In this document: positions 20,689 to 32,667 of the stretch, piece after piece
Layout: each line of letters opens with the position of its first letter
How positions within the stretch are numbered: the stretch's first letter is position 1
Origin: Malacoraja senta
Taxonomy: Eukaryota
Reading direction: 5' to 3'
Assembly: GCA_038087875.1 (NCBI GenBank)
Contig: JAXLNO010000345.1
Coordinates: forward strand, 1 to 37,428
Length of the DNA stretch: 37,428 bases
The notes under the pieces: model-generated
What the model was told of the DNA's origin: nothing
Seen by the model: only the letters and a program-made list of their open reading frames with translations
The model's database searches: none
Translations under genes and position numbers: made by a program

Positions 20689-23420
20689 GGTATGTTACAA
20701 AACTTACCTTCAGTTCTGTCACAGCCCGTGTGCGCGACATTGGCGCCTTTGAGTGGGGGGCGGGTGTAAAATGCGATTTTTCTGCAGCCTGTTCAAATCG
20801 ATTTTGTCAGGCTGTTTTAGTTGCTGAAGAAAAATCGCTTCGACTGCCCTGGAAACATAGAAACATAGAAAATAGGTGCAGGAGGAGGCCATTCGGCCCT
20901 TCAAGCGCAGCACCGCCATCATTGTGATCATGGCTGATCGTCCCCTATCAATAACCCGTGCCTGCCTTCTCCCCATATCCCTTGACTCCACTAGCCCCTA
21001 GAGCTTTATCTAACTCTCTCTTAAATCCATCCAGTGATTTGGTCTCCACTGCCCTCTGTTGGCAGGGAATTCCATAAATTCACAACCCTCTGGGTGAAAA
21101 CGTTTTTTCTCACCACAGTCTTAAATGACCTCCCCCTTTATTCTAAGACTGGGGCCCCTGGTTCTGGACTCGCCCAACATTAGGAACATTTTTCCTCCAT
21201 CCAGCTTGTCCAGTCCATTTATAATTTATATGTTTCTATAAGATCCCCCCTCATCATTCTAAACTCCAGTGAATACAAGCCTAGTCTTTTCAATGTTTCC
21301 TCATATGAAAGTCCCGCCATCCCAGGGATCAATCTCGTGAACCTACGCTGCACTGCCTCAATCACAAGGATGTCCTTCCTCAAATTAGGAGACCAAAACT
21401 GTACACAATACTCCAGATGTGGTCTCACCAGAGCCCTATACAACTGCAGAAGAACCTCTTTACTCCTATACTGAAATCCTCTTGTTATGAAGGCCAACAT
21501 TGCATTAGCTTTCTTCACTGCCTGCTGTACCTGCACGCCAACTTTCAGTGACCGGTGTACAAGTGCACCCAGGTCTCGCTGTACCTCCCCCTTACATAAC
21601 CTCATCCCCATTGAGATAATAATCTGCCGCCTTGTTTTGCCGCCAAAGTGGATAACCTCACATTTATCTATATTATACTGCATCTGCCACGCATCTGCCC
21701 ACTCACTAAACCTGTCCAGGTCACCCTGCAACCTCCTAACATCCTCTTCACAGTTCACACTGCCACCCCAGCTTTGTGTCATCCGCAAACTTGCTAGTGT
21801 TGCTCCTAATTCCTTCCAAATTATTAATATATATGGTAAACAGTTGCGGCCCCAACACCGAGCCTTGCGGCACTCCATTCGCCACTGCCTGCCATTCTGA
21901 AAAGGACCCGTTCACCTCCTACTCTTTGCTGCCGGTCTGCCAACCAATTTTCTATCCATGTCAACACCCTACCCCCCCATGTGCTCTAATTTTAGTCACC
22001 AGTCTCCCGTGCGGGACCTTATCAAAGGCTTTCTGAAAGTCTAGATACACTACATCCACTGGCACCCGTTCATCCATTTTACTTGTCACATCCTCAAAAA
22101 AATTCCAGAAGATTAGTCAAGCATGATTTCCCTTTCATAAATCCATGTTGACTTGGACTAATCCTTTTACTGCTATCCAAATGCCCCATTATTACCTCTT
22201 TAATAATTGACTCCAGCATCTTTCCCACCACCGGTCAGGCTAACTGGTCTGTAATTCCCCGTTTTCTCTCTCGCTCCTTTCTTGAAAAGTGGGATAACAT
22301 TAGCTATCCTCCAACCCACAGGAACTGATCCTGAATCTATAGAACATTGGAAAATGATCAGCAATGTGTCCACTATTTCTAGAGCTACCTCCCTGAGGGA
22401 CCTGGGATGCAGACCTCAGGCCCAGGGGATTTATCATCCTTCAGTCCCATTAGCCTACCCAATACTATTTCTCGCCTAATGAAAATTTCTTTCAGTTCTC
22501 TAGCCCCTTAGATCTCTGTCCTCCAGTACATCTGGGAGATTGTTTATGTCCGTTTTATTAAGTTTATTAAAAATAGCGCTGGATAATTTAATTGTTGGAG
22601 TAAAATTAAAATCATCTTCTAAAGCAGTCAATGCCGACAACGGAACGGATCCTCATGTATGGGAGAAGGCAAGGTACGCCGTTTATTTTTTCATATAAAC
22701 ATGCTTCTTAGGATGCCTTTAATCAAAATTTCACGTTGCGAAAAGGTGAATTAGGACCCATACGAACCGGCAGTATTTTTCCTGCCGATATGGGGTTCAA
22801 ATTCACTGCAACCACAACGTTCCAATCGATCGCGTTCCACAAAATCCCACTCGCAAGATTATTTAAATGGCCATTAATTTACGGGAATTAAACACTAAAT
22901 TCCTTCCATTTGGCCTATAAATTCATGACAATGAGATTTAAAAATTTAGTTATATTGTGAATTCTTGTGTGAATGCTATTTGGACAATTAGGCTATTTAA
23001 AAATGTTAATCTTTCCTTAAGAAATGGATTGATGTTTAGATATAGTAATTGAATTTTGTAATTAGCTACAATTAGGTAACTAACTAATTTTATGCTTTAA
23101 TTTCAGGACATCCAAGTAAGATTGTTTCATATTTGTTTCAGAATGCTTCAATCTATAATAACTGAAAATTTCATTGTTCTCTGGATTTTTAAGAAAGTTA
23201 TGGGCTTTTGACTGTCCTCGATCACAGCTTTTGTGTTAAGTCAATAGAAAAGCAATAGGGAACAAGATGCTAATTTCAGAGTATGAAAATGGCCATAACT
23301 TATTTAATACTGAAGATATGAAAGTGAATCAGGTGTCAAATTAAACTTCTTTTTATGCTTTATCTGATGGGATAAATTGCAGACTTGATTTTTTAAAATC
23401 TCAAAATGTTGTAACATTGC
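20689..23420. mobile_element. Non-autonomous DNA transposon, copy 2, interrupted by a CR1
   Basis: Same TIRs and TA flanks as copy 1; 22560-23420 aligns with about 19210-20062. Confidence 0.8.
20852..22550 (-). mobile_element. CR1 (HER1-like) LINE, 5'-truncated and frameshifted
   Basis: [30 protein letters not shown]; (TTTCTATG)n tail. Confidence 0.95.
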
Positions 23421-23624
23421 TAGTTAATGTAAGTGTTTGGAGAGAGAGAAGGGGAGAGGGAGAGAGAGAGGGGAATTGTGGGTGTGGAGAAAACTGATAA
23501 TGTTGCCTCTCCCTCCTCTGGTGATCGGGGCGTTTGAAACTCCTGTGACGCCGTGTTTGGCGGGAGCCCCTCCCCCCGCGCGACCAACGGTTCAAACCAC
23601 CGCTCGAACGCACGTGGGAAGCGG

Positions 23625-23826
23625 GGAACCGGCCAATGGGAGGCTGTTGCCGGGCAGATCTCGGGGCTCGGACACGGGGGAACCGGCCAATGGGAGGCTG
23701 TTGCCGGGCAGATTTCGGGCTCGGACCCGCTGGAACCGGCCAATGGGATGCTATTACCGGGCAGATCTCGGGGCTCGGAGCAGCAGGAACCGGCCAATGG
23801 GACGCTGTTGCCGGGCAGATCTCGGC
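23625..23826 (+). repeat. 54-bp tandem repeat (~3.7 units), each unit with CCAAT and GTTGCC.GGCAG motifs
   Basis: Unit GGAACCGGCCAATGGGAGGCTGTTGCCGGGCAGATCTCGGGGCTCGGACCCGCA; starts near 23625, 23679, 23732 and 23786. Confidence 0.9.
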
Positions 23827-23834
23827 AACAGGCT

Positions 23835-24712
23835 CCCTCAACAAACCCTCAAAACCCCCTCATAATTGCTCAAAACCCCACTAAAACAGCTCAAAACAAC
23901 CTCAAAACCGCCCAAAACTGCTCAGGAACCCATAAACTGGTCAAAAAAAACCCCTGAAAACTGCTCAAAAAAAACATCAAAACTGCTCAAAAACCCTTAA
24001 AAATGCTCAAAAACCGGTAAAACAGCTCAAAAAACTATCAAAATGGCTCAAAAACCCGCTGCTCAAAAAACCCTTAAAACTGCTCAAAAGATTATCAAAA
24101 TGGCTCAAAAACCCTCAAATATCCCCTCAAAACTACTCATAAATCGTCAACAACACCTCAAAACACCTTCAAAACTTCTGAAAACAACTGAACCCCTCAA
24201 AAACCCCAGATCCCTTAAAACTTCATCAAAACCCTAAAAAACCATCAAACCTACTAAACAAACTCTCAAAACCGCACAAAAACACTCATCAACCCTGAAA
24301 AGCCCTCAAACCCCCTGAAAAAACCCTCAAAAACCCTAACTGCTTAAAAACACTCACCAACCCGCAAAACTGCTCAAAAAACCCTCAAAAACCATCAAAA
24401 CTGCTATAAAAAAAACCCCAAAGCTGCTCAAAAATCCCGGAACAACCATCAATATAGCTTAAAACAAACAAAAAAACCCATAAAAACCTCTCAATCCCGC
24501 GACAACCGGTAAAACCCCCCAACAATCCTGAAAACAGTTGAAACCCACAAAACTGCTCAAAAAAAGCTCAAAACTGCTCAACAACCCCCAACAACGCCTC
24601 AAAAAACCATCAACAACCCTCAACAACGCCTCATAAAACCATCAACAACCCTCACAAGCTCTCAAGACCCCGAAAAAAACCCTCAAAACTGCTGAAAAAC
24701 CCTTCAACAACG
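23835..24712. repeat. Degenerate A/C-rich satellite (AAAACTGCTCAAAAACCCCTC-like)
   Basis: Direct inspection; strongly G-poor + strand. Confidence 0.85.
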
Positions 24713-25084
24713 CCTCCATTCCTCCTCTGGTCCCTCTCTCTGTCTCTCCCTCCCCTCTTCCTCCCCCACCCTCTCTCCCTCCCTCCCTCTCCCTCCCTCA
24801 CAGCTCCCTCATTCCCTCCCCTTCCCCGCAAACTCCCTCCCCTTCCGTCCTGAAACACCCTCAATCATTTCAAACTCCCTCTCTCCCCCTCAATCCATCA
24901 ACCCCCTCCCCTACACACCTCCCCTACCGCCCTCCACCCCTCTTCTCCACCGTCCCGTCGATTCACCACCACCTGGAAAAATAAATTCCTCCCCATCTCT
25001 TTCCTAAAGGAACGTCCACCAATTCTATCGCCTCTACTCCTCCCCCTCCCCTACACCCCTACACACCCCTCATAACTGTTCATG

Positions 25085-25086
25085 AA

Positions 25087-25126
<40 letters not shown>

Positions 25127-25582
25127 AGGGAGGGACAGGTAGAGGCATTGAGAAGGAGAGAGAGAGAGACGGGGAGACAGGCACAGGGGAGAGATTGAGG
25201 GAGGGAATGGGGCTGAGAGGGGAGACACTGGGATTGGGGTAGACACTGAGAGGGAGGGAGAGAGAGAGAGAAGGGACAGGGGAGAGTCTGAGTTTATGTT
25301 TCATTGGCAGGAAGAAGAGAGAGGAAAGGTAATATTGTGTTAGAGAGAAAGAGAGAGATAGAAAGAGAGAGAAAGTTCTCTGTCCCTCTCTCTCTCTCTC
25401 TCTCTGTGTCTCTCTTTCTGAGTCTCCCTCTTTCTCCCTCTCTCTCTCTATCTCGCTGCCTCTCTCCCTGTCTCTCTCTCTCTCTCTGTGTCTCCCTCAC
25501 TCTCTCACTCTCTGTCTCTGTCTCTGTCTCTCTGTCTGTCTCTCTCTCTCTCTGTCTCCCTCTTTTTCTCTCTGTCTCTCTC
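25085..25582. repeat. (GA)n tract followed by a (CT)n tract
   Basis: Direct inspection. Confidence 0.9.
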
Positions 25583-27288
25583 TTCGGCCCTTCGAGCCTG
25601 CACCGCCATTCAATATGATCATGGCTGATCATCCAACTCAGTATCCTGTACCTCCTTCTCTCCATACCCCCTGATCCCTTTAGCCACAAGGGCCACATCT
25701 AACTCACTCTTAAATATAGCCAATAGCTCAACTACCTTCTGTGGCAGAGTATTCCACAGATTCACCACTCTGTGTGAAAAATGTTTTTCTCATCTCGGTC
25801 CTAAAAGACTTTCCCCTTATCCTTAAACTGTGACCCCTTGTTCTGGATTTCCCCAACATCGGGAACAATCTTCCTGCATCTAGCCTGTCCAACCCCTTAA
25901 GAATTTTGTAAGTTTCAATAAGATCCCCCCTCAATCTTCTAAATTCTAGCGAGTACAAGCCGAGTCTATCCAGTCTTTCTTCATATGAAAGTCCTGCCAT
26001 CCCAGGAATCAGTCAGGTGAACCTTCTCTGTACTCCCTCTATGGCAAGAATGTCTTTCCTCAGATTAGGAGACCAAAACTATACGCAATCCTCCAGGTGT
26101 GGTCTCACCAAGACCCTGTACAACTGCAGTAGAACCCCCCTGCTCCTATAATCAAATCCTTTTGCTATGAAAGCTAACATACCATTCGCTTTCTTCACTG
26201 CCTGCTGCACCTGCATGCCTACTTTCAATGACTGTTGTACCATGACACCCAGGTCTCGCTGCATCTCCCCTTTTCCTAATCGGCCACCATTCAGATAATA
26301 GTCTACTTTCCTGTTTTTGCCACCAAAGTGGATAACCTCACATTTATCCCCATTATACTGCATCTGCCATGCATTTGCCCACTCACCCAACCTATCCAAG
26401 TCACCTTGCAGCCTCCTAGCATCCTCCTCACAGCTAACACTGCCCCCCAGCTTCGTGTCATCCGCAAACTTGTAGATGTTGCATTCAATTCCCTCGTCCA
26501 AATCATTAATATATATTGTAAATAGCTGAGGTCCCAGCACTGAGCCTTGCGGTACCCCACTAGTTACTGCCTGCCATTCCGAAAAGGACCCGTTTACTCC
26601 TACTATTTGCTTCCTGTCTGCCAGCCAGTTCTCTATCCACATCAATACTGAACCCCCAATACTGTGTGCTTTAAGTTTGCATACTAATCTCTTATGTGGG
26701 ACCTTGTCGAAAGCCTTCTGAAAGTCCAGATATAACACATCCACTGGTTCTCCCTTATCCACTCTACTAGTTACATCCTCGAAAAATTCTATAAGATTCG
26801 TCAGACATGATTTACCTTTCATAAATCCATGCTGACTTTGTCCAATGATTTCACCACTTTCCAAATGTGCTGCTATCCCATCTTTTATAACTGACTCTAG
26901 CATTTTCCCCACTACCGATGTTAGACTAACTGGTCTGTAATTCCCCGTTTTCTCTCTCCCTCCCTTGTTAAAAAGTGGGGTTACATTAGCTACCCTCCAA
27001 TCCTCAGCAACTGCTCCAGAATCTAAAGAGTTTTGAAAAATGATCACTAATGCTTCCACTGTTTCTGTGGCTACTTCCTTAAGTGCTCTGGGATGCAGCC
27101 TATCTGGCTCTGGGGATTTATCGGCCTTTAATCCATTCAATTTACCTAACACCACTTCCCGACTAACCTGGATTTCACTCAGTTCATCCATCTCATTTGA
27201 CCCCCGGTCCCCTGCTATTTCCGGCAGATTATTTATGTCTTCCTTAGTGAAGACAGAACCAAAGTAGTTATTCAATTGGTCTGGCATT
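25583..27288 (-). mobile_element. CR1 (HER1-like) LINE with a 402-aa open RT segment, 5'-truncated
   Basis: ORF 26079-27287 with [38 protein letters not shown]; premature stop and later indels. Confidence 0.95.
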
Positions 27289-27571
27289 TCACATCCCGGG
27301 GGTTAATGCATTTCACATCCCGGGGGTTTACAATATCACTTTAATGCAACGCTGCATTTAACATTGCAGGAGGGTGGAAAGTTATTCCAATGCGATGCAT
27401 TCATTACATTTAACATCTGAGTGGTTTTGCAAGATTAGTGCAAAGCGATTTAATGCATTGAAATTCCGAGTGGGGGGTTGCAATATCACTTGAATGCAAC
27501 GCATTTGCTGCATTTAACTTTGCGTGCAAAGTTATTCCAATGCGATGCATTTGTTGCATTTAACATCTGAG
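27284..27571. repeat. Diverged tandem repeat (TGCATTT.ACATC subunits; ~150-bp higher-order duplication)
   Basis: CAATATCACTT.AATGCAACG and AAAGTTATTCCAATGCGATGCATT each occur twice. Confidence 0.75.
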
Positions 27572-27804
27572 CTGTTTCACCCATCTGAACCCAATTGAGC
27601 ATGCCTTTTACTGTATATGCTGAAGAGAAAACTGAAGACTAGCCCCCAAAACAAGCATCAGCTTAAAGATGGTTGCAATGCAGGCCTGGCAGAGCACCAC
27701 CAGAGGAGACACCCAGCAACTGGTGGTCCATGAATCGCAGACTTCAAGCAGTCATTGCATGCAAAGGATATGTAACAAAATACTAGACATGACTACTTTC
27801 ATTT

Positions 27805-30083
27805 ACATGGCTATATGGACTACACTTCTTCCCACCCTGCTTCCAGTAAGGACTCCTCCCCTACTCACAATTCCTCCGTCTACGTCGCATCCGCTCCCAG
27901 GATGAGGTGTTCCACGCCAGGGCATTGGAGATGTCCTCATTCTGCAAGGAACGAGGGGGGGGGGGTTCCCCTCCACTACTATAGATGAGGCTCTCACCAG
28001 GGTCTCTTCACTTATAAAAGATGAGATAGTCGCACATTTGGGTAGCAGTAACAGGATCGGTCCGAGTCAGCATGGATTTACGAAGGGGAAATCATGCTTG
28101 ACTAATCTTCTGGAATTTTTTGAAGATGTAACCAGGAAAATGGACAAGGGAGAGCCAGTGGATGTAGTGTACCTGGACTTTCAGAAAGCATTTGATAAGG
28201 TCCCACATAGGAGATTAGTGGGCAAAATTAGGGCACATGGTATTGGGGGTAGAGTGCTGACATGGATAGAGAAGTAGTTGGCAGACAGGAAACAAAGAGT
28301 AGGGATTAACGGGTCCCTTTCAGAATGGCATGCATGGACTAATAGGGTACCGCAAAGCTCGGTGCTGGGACCGCAGCTACTTACAATATACATCAATGAT
28401 TTGGATGAACGGATTCAAAGTAACATTAGCAAATTTGCAGATGACACAAAGCTGGGTGGCAGTGTGAACTGTGAGGAGGATGCAATGAGAATGCAGGGTG
28501 ACTTGGACAGGTTGGGGGAGTGGGCAGATGCATGGCAGATGAAGTTTAATGCAGATAAATGTGAGGTTATCCACTTTGGTAGCAAAAACAGGAAGGCAGA
28601 TTACTATCTAAATGGCGTCAAGTTGGGAAAAGGGGAAGTAGAACGGGATCTGGGGGTCCTTGTACATCAGTCTATGAAAGTAAGCATGCAGGTACAGCAG
28701 GCAGTGAAGAAAGCGAATGGCATGTTGGCCTTTATAACAAGAGGAATCGAAAATAGGAGCACAGAGGTACTTCTGCAGTTGTACAGAGCCCTAGTGAGAC
28801 CACACCTGGAGTATTGTGTACAGTTTTGGTCCCCTAATTTGATGAAGGACATTCTTGCTATTGAGGGAGTGCAGCATAGGTTTACAAGGTTAATTCCCAA
28901 GATGGCGGGACTGTCATATGCTGAGAGAATGGAGCAGCTGGGCTTGTACACTCTGGAGTTTAGAAGGATGAGGCGGCATCTCATTGACACATATAAGATT
29001 GTTAAGGGCTTGGAAACGCTAGAGGCAAGAAACATGTTCCCGATGTTGGGTGAGTCCAGAACCAGGGACCACAGAATAAGGAGTAAGCCATTTAGAACGG
29101 AGATGAGGAAACACTTTTTCTCACAGAGAGTGGTGACTCTGTGGAATTCTCTGCCTTAGGTGGAGGCAGGTTCTCTGGATGCTTTCAAGAGAGAGCTAGA
29201 TAGGGCTCTTAAAAATAGCGGAGTCAGGGGATATGGGGAGAAGGCAGGAACGGGGTACTGATTGGGGATGATCAGCCATGATCACATTGAATGACGGTGC
29301 TGGCTCGAACGGCCGAATGGCCTACTTCTGCACCTATTGTCTATTGTCAATACCCCGTCCCCCCACTCGTAACAAGGGCCGAGTCCCCCTAGTCCTCATC
29401 TTCCACCCTACCAGCCGTCACATACAACAAACAATCCTCTGTCATTTTCGCCACCTCCAACGGGATCCCACCACTCGCCACATCTTCCCATCTCCTCCCC
29501 TGTCTGCTTTCCGCAAAGACCGCTCCCTCCGTAACTCCCTATTCAATTCTTCCCTTCCCACTCGCACCACCCCCTCCCTGAGCACTTTCCCTTGCAACCG
29601 CAAGAAATGCTACACTTGTCGCTTTACCTCCCCCCTTGACTCCATTCACGGACCCAAGCAGCCGTTCCAGGTGCGACAGAGGTTCACCTGCATCTCCTCC
29701 AACCTCATCTATTGCATCCGCTGCTCTAGATGTCAGCTGATCTACATCAGTGAGACCAAGCGTAGGCTTGCCGATCGTTTCGCCGAACACCTCCGCTCAG
29801 TCCGCATTAAACAACCTGATCTCCCGGTGGCTCAGCACTTCAACTCCCCCTCCCATTCCGAATCCAACCTTTCTGTCCTGGACCTCCTCCATGACCAGAG
29901 TGAGCACCACCGTAAACTGGAGAAGCAGCACATCATATTTTGCTTGGGCAGTTTGCATCGCAGCGGTATGAACATAGACTTCTCCAATTTCAAGTAGTCC
30001 TTTCTTTCTCCTCCCCTCCCCCAGTTCTCCCTCATCCAACTGGCTCCACCTCTTCCTTCCTTCCCTCCTTCCATTTTTGTCTA
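27805..30083 (+). mobile_element. Penelope-like element 3' fragment (RT end plus GIY-YIG), split by a CR1
   Basis: 27805-28009 and 29349-29997 are collinear with the intact ORF (CNRKKCYTC, NLIYCIRCSRCQLIYISET). CTACTTTCATT flanks it at 27793 and 30081. Confidence 0.9.
28012..29348 (+). mobile_element. CR1 (HER1-like) LINE, 5'-truncated
   Basis: ORFs 28038-28277 and 28278-29159 with CR1 RT motifs; (TATTGTC)n tail. Confidence 0.95.
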
Positions 30084-30271
30084 CTTTCATTGACATGACA
30101 TTGCAGTGTCCCAAACATGATGGTGCCCTGAAATGGGGGACTATGTATAAACACTGCTGTAATCTCGACATGGCGAAACCAAAATGTCTAAAAATGGCTT
30201 TATTAAAATCTGACAATGTGCACTTTAACCACATGTGATTTATTGAATTACAAATCTCAAATTGTGGAGCA

Positions 30272-31994
30272 TAGAATAGAATGCTATCTATTGTCATTCA
30301 AACCTAGGCTTGAACGAAATAGCATTACTACAGTTTTTTACATTACAAAAAAACCAAGACCCACACTTAACACAGTTTACATAAACGACCATCACAGTGA
30401 GTCTCCAACACCTCCTCACTGTGATGGAAGGCAAAGTCTTATCTCTTCCCTTTATTCTTCACCCGCGGTCCAGCAGTCCAACTGCAGCGTCTAGGCGAAC
30501 TGGGGCTCCGGTGTTAAAGCCGCCGGCGGACGATGGTAAGTCCTGTGGCCATTTAGCCACGCCGGGCGATGTTAGGCCCCGGCTCCGTGTCCTTTAAACC
30601 CGCGGTTCAAGCAGTCCAACCCGCAGTCCAACTGCAGCGTCTAGGCGAAGTGGGGCTCCGATGTTAGAGCCCCCGGCAGACGATGGTAACCGCAGCCGGA
30701 GCTTCCGAAACTCCAAAGTCGGGTCGCAGCCGAGCGCCACCACAGCTCTCCCCGCTCCAAAGTCGGCCAGCTCCGCGATGTCAGGTCCCAGGCTCCGCGA
30801 CTGGAGCCCTCAGGTTGGTCCCGGCCGGAGGACGCCGCCGGCTCCACAATGTTAGGCCCAACGACATCGGAGACTCGACAGGGAAAAAGTCGGGTCCCCG
30901 TACAGGGAAGAGATTAACGGTTTCCCCAACATCCCCCCCTCCACCCCCCCAACATATACACAGCTAACAAATAATAAAAACTAAGCTCAATATTATCTTA
31001 AATGTACAAATACCATCTACGGAGGGTATCAGAAGAGACTGGGAACAAGTTAGCTATTAAAATTTCAAAGGAAAGTTGGAATGAATACTTATTAAAAGTA
31101 CATAAATGCTCGATTAATGTAAGACACACTTTAATACAATTTAAAATTTTACATAGATTATATTATTCGAATACTAAAATTCATAAAATTTTCCCAAACG
31201 TATCATCTATTTGTGATAAATGTCAATCCCAAGAAGCAACTATAGCGGCACTCATTTGTCTTCTGTACAAAAATTCAAAAATTTTGGAATGAAATTTTTG
31301 AAATCTTTACAAAGTTATTTAAAACAAGACTGATACCCAAAGCAGAATGGATTATCTTCGGAATAACGGAAGATGATCCAGAACTAAATGTGTTTTCAAA
31401 AGAAATTAATGGATTATGGGTTAATAACTGGAAAAAAGCTAATTCTAAAATTTTGGAAGAAGGCTCCAATACCAACTATAAATATGTGGATTTCAAATAT
31501 GTTTGAAACACTACACCTTGAAGAGATAAGACTCCTCCTAGCAGGTAAACCAGATCACTTCCACCTGACGTGGTCTGCATTATAGAATTATTACAAACAT
31601 AGGGTGCAAAAGTACTTTAAAAAAATAAAAAATTGAGGTCGGGTAAGGGGGGATGATAGTTGAAGAGTTGGTATGTCCTATTTACGTGATGCTCAAAAAA
31701 AAAAAACATTTGTTTTTTCTTTTTTTCTCTCTCTCTTTTCTTTTCTTAGGGCCTATTTCTTAACTCTTTTTCTTTTTGTTTTAATTTCGCTCTCATAGGG
31801 TCTTCGTCCTTTTTTGTTGTTACATTTTCTACACTTTTCTACACTTGCACTTTTTCCTTCACTTTCTTCTCTCTTTCAATCTTTTCTTTCTTTAGTGTAA
31901 AAAAATAAATAAAGGGAGTACATTAATTGTAAGAAGATATAAATGACGAGTATTAATGTATGTGGCTGTGATGTAATGTACTTCTAATAAATAA

Positions 31995-32025
<31 letters not shown>

Positions 32026-32116
32026 CTAAGCTCAAGACATACATTTAACAAGACAAAAATTAAAAAAAAAGACGGACGACTGTAGTTGAGCCGCTGGCGT
32101 TAGGCGCCGCCACTCC
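30272..32116 (-). mobile_element. Non-autonomous GC-rich retroposon with an (ATTCT)n tail, interrupted by an L1
   Basis: Interrupts the Tc1 TIR; internal ~80-bp direct duplication (30462-30540 / 30599-30689); resumes after the L1 TSD at 32021. Confidence 0.6.
30991..32020 (+). mobile_element. L1-clade LINE 3' end with 15-bp TSD
   Basis: ORF2 C-terminus (QFKILHRLY...CDKC...FW...KKLILKFWK), AATAAA and poly(A). TSD AAAAACTAAGCTCAA at 30976-30990 and 32021-32035. Confidence 0.92.
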
Positions 32117-32292
32117 CACGTAGAGAGGCAAATCAATAAATAAATAAATGATGGGTCTTTGTCCCAAACATTATAGAGAACACTGTAGGTGTGTTTGCGT
32201 GCGTGGACGAGTGTGAGTTCAGGACTACTCGCCCCAACACGCTCCACTCTCTCCCCACGCCGACAGACAGAGAGAGCGAGAGAGAACTACGA

Positions 32293-32312
32293 GGAAATTA
32301 CCAGAAATTTCC
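32293..32312. promoter_or_regulatory. Two adjacent NF-kB-like motifs (GGAAATTACC, AGAAATTTCC)
   Basis: Imperfect match to the Rel consensus, 65-85 bp upstream of the putative ATG; motif match only. Confidence 0.3.
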
Positions 32313-32377
32313 ACGCCTCTCCCTCCCCTTCTGGCTCATTTAGTCGCCATTTTCCACGTTTTGCGCTCCGCACGAAG

Positions 32378-32456
32378 ATGTCTGGAAATGTCTCCTGGAA
32401 GAATTTCATCTCTGCAATATTCCTCTTTTCCCTCTTTAATCTCGTCTTCACTGCAG
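32378..32456 (+). CDS. Putative first coding exon of a host secreted/membrane protein (signal peptide MSGNVSWKNFISAIFLFSLFNLVFTA-G)
   Basis: AAGATG context, hydrophobic core ending in small residues, CAG|GTGAAA phase-1 donor, non-repetitive CpG-containing surroundings. Confidence 0.65.
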
Positions 32457-32489
32457 GTGAAAGGAGACGGGGGTGGAGGGAGGGAGGGA

Positions 32490-32667
32490 GAAAGTTTGTA
32501 AAGTTTTGTAAAGTTTGAGAAAGTTTAAGAAAGTTTTATAAAGTTTGGGAAAGTTTAGGAAAGTTTTGGAAAGTTTGAGAAAGTTTTGAAAAGTTTTGGA
32601 AAGTTTAAGAAAGTTTTGTAAAGTTTGAGAAAGTTTAAGAAAGTTTTGCAAAGTATGGGAAAGTTTG
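32490..32667. repeat. 10-bp minisatellite (AAAGTTT core)
   Basis: About 17 units such as GAAAGTTTAA and GAAAGTTTTG. Confidence 0.9.

Larger units (their letters stand above)
27572..32185 (+). mobile_element. Tc1-like transposon 3' half in three pieces (27572-27803, 30081-30270, 32121-32185)
   Basis: LNPIEH...LKRKL...QAWQS...MNRRLQAVIACKGY.TKY* transposase C-terminus; GTCCCAAACAT direct repeats at ~30107 and 32161 (IR/DR type); ends CACTG|TA at 32185. Confidence 0.85.

Noticed and set aside
23625..23826. CRISPR-like array (also 13071-13220 and 37133-37282)
   Set aside because: Head-to-tail tandem units with no unique spacers, no cas genes, eukaryotic context.
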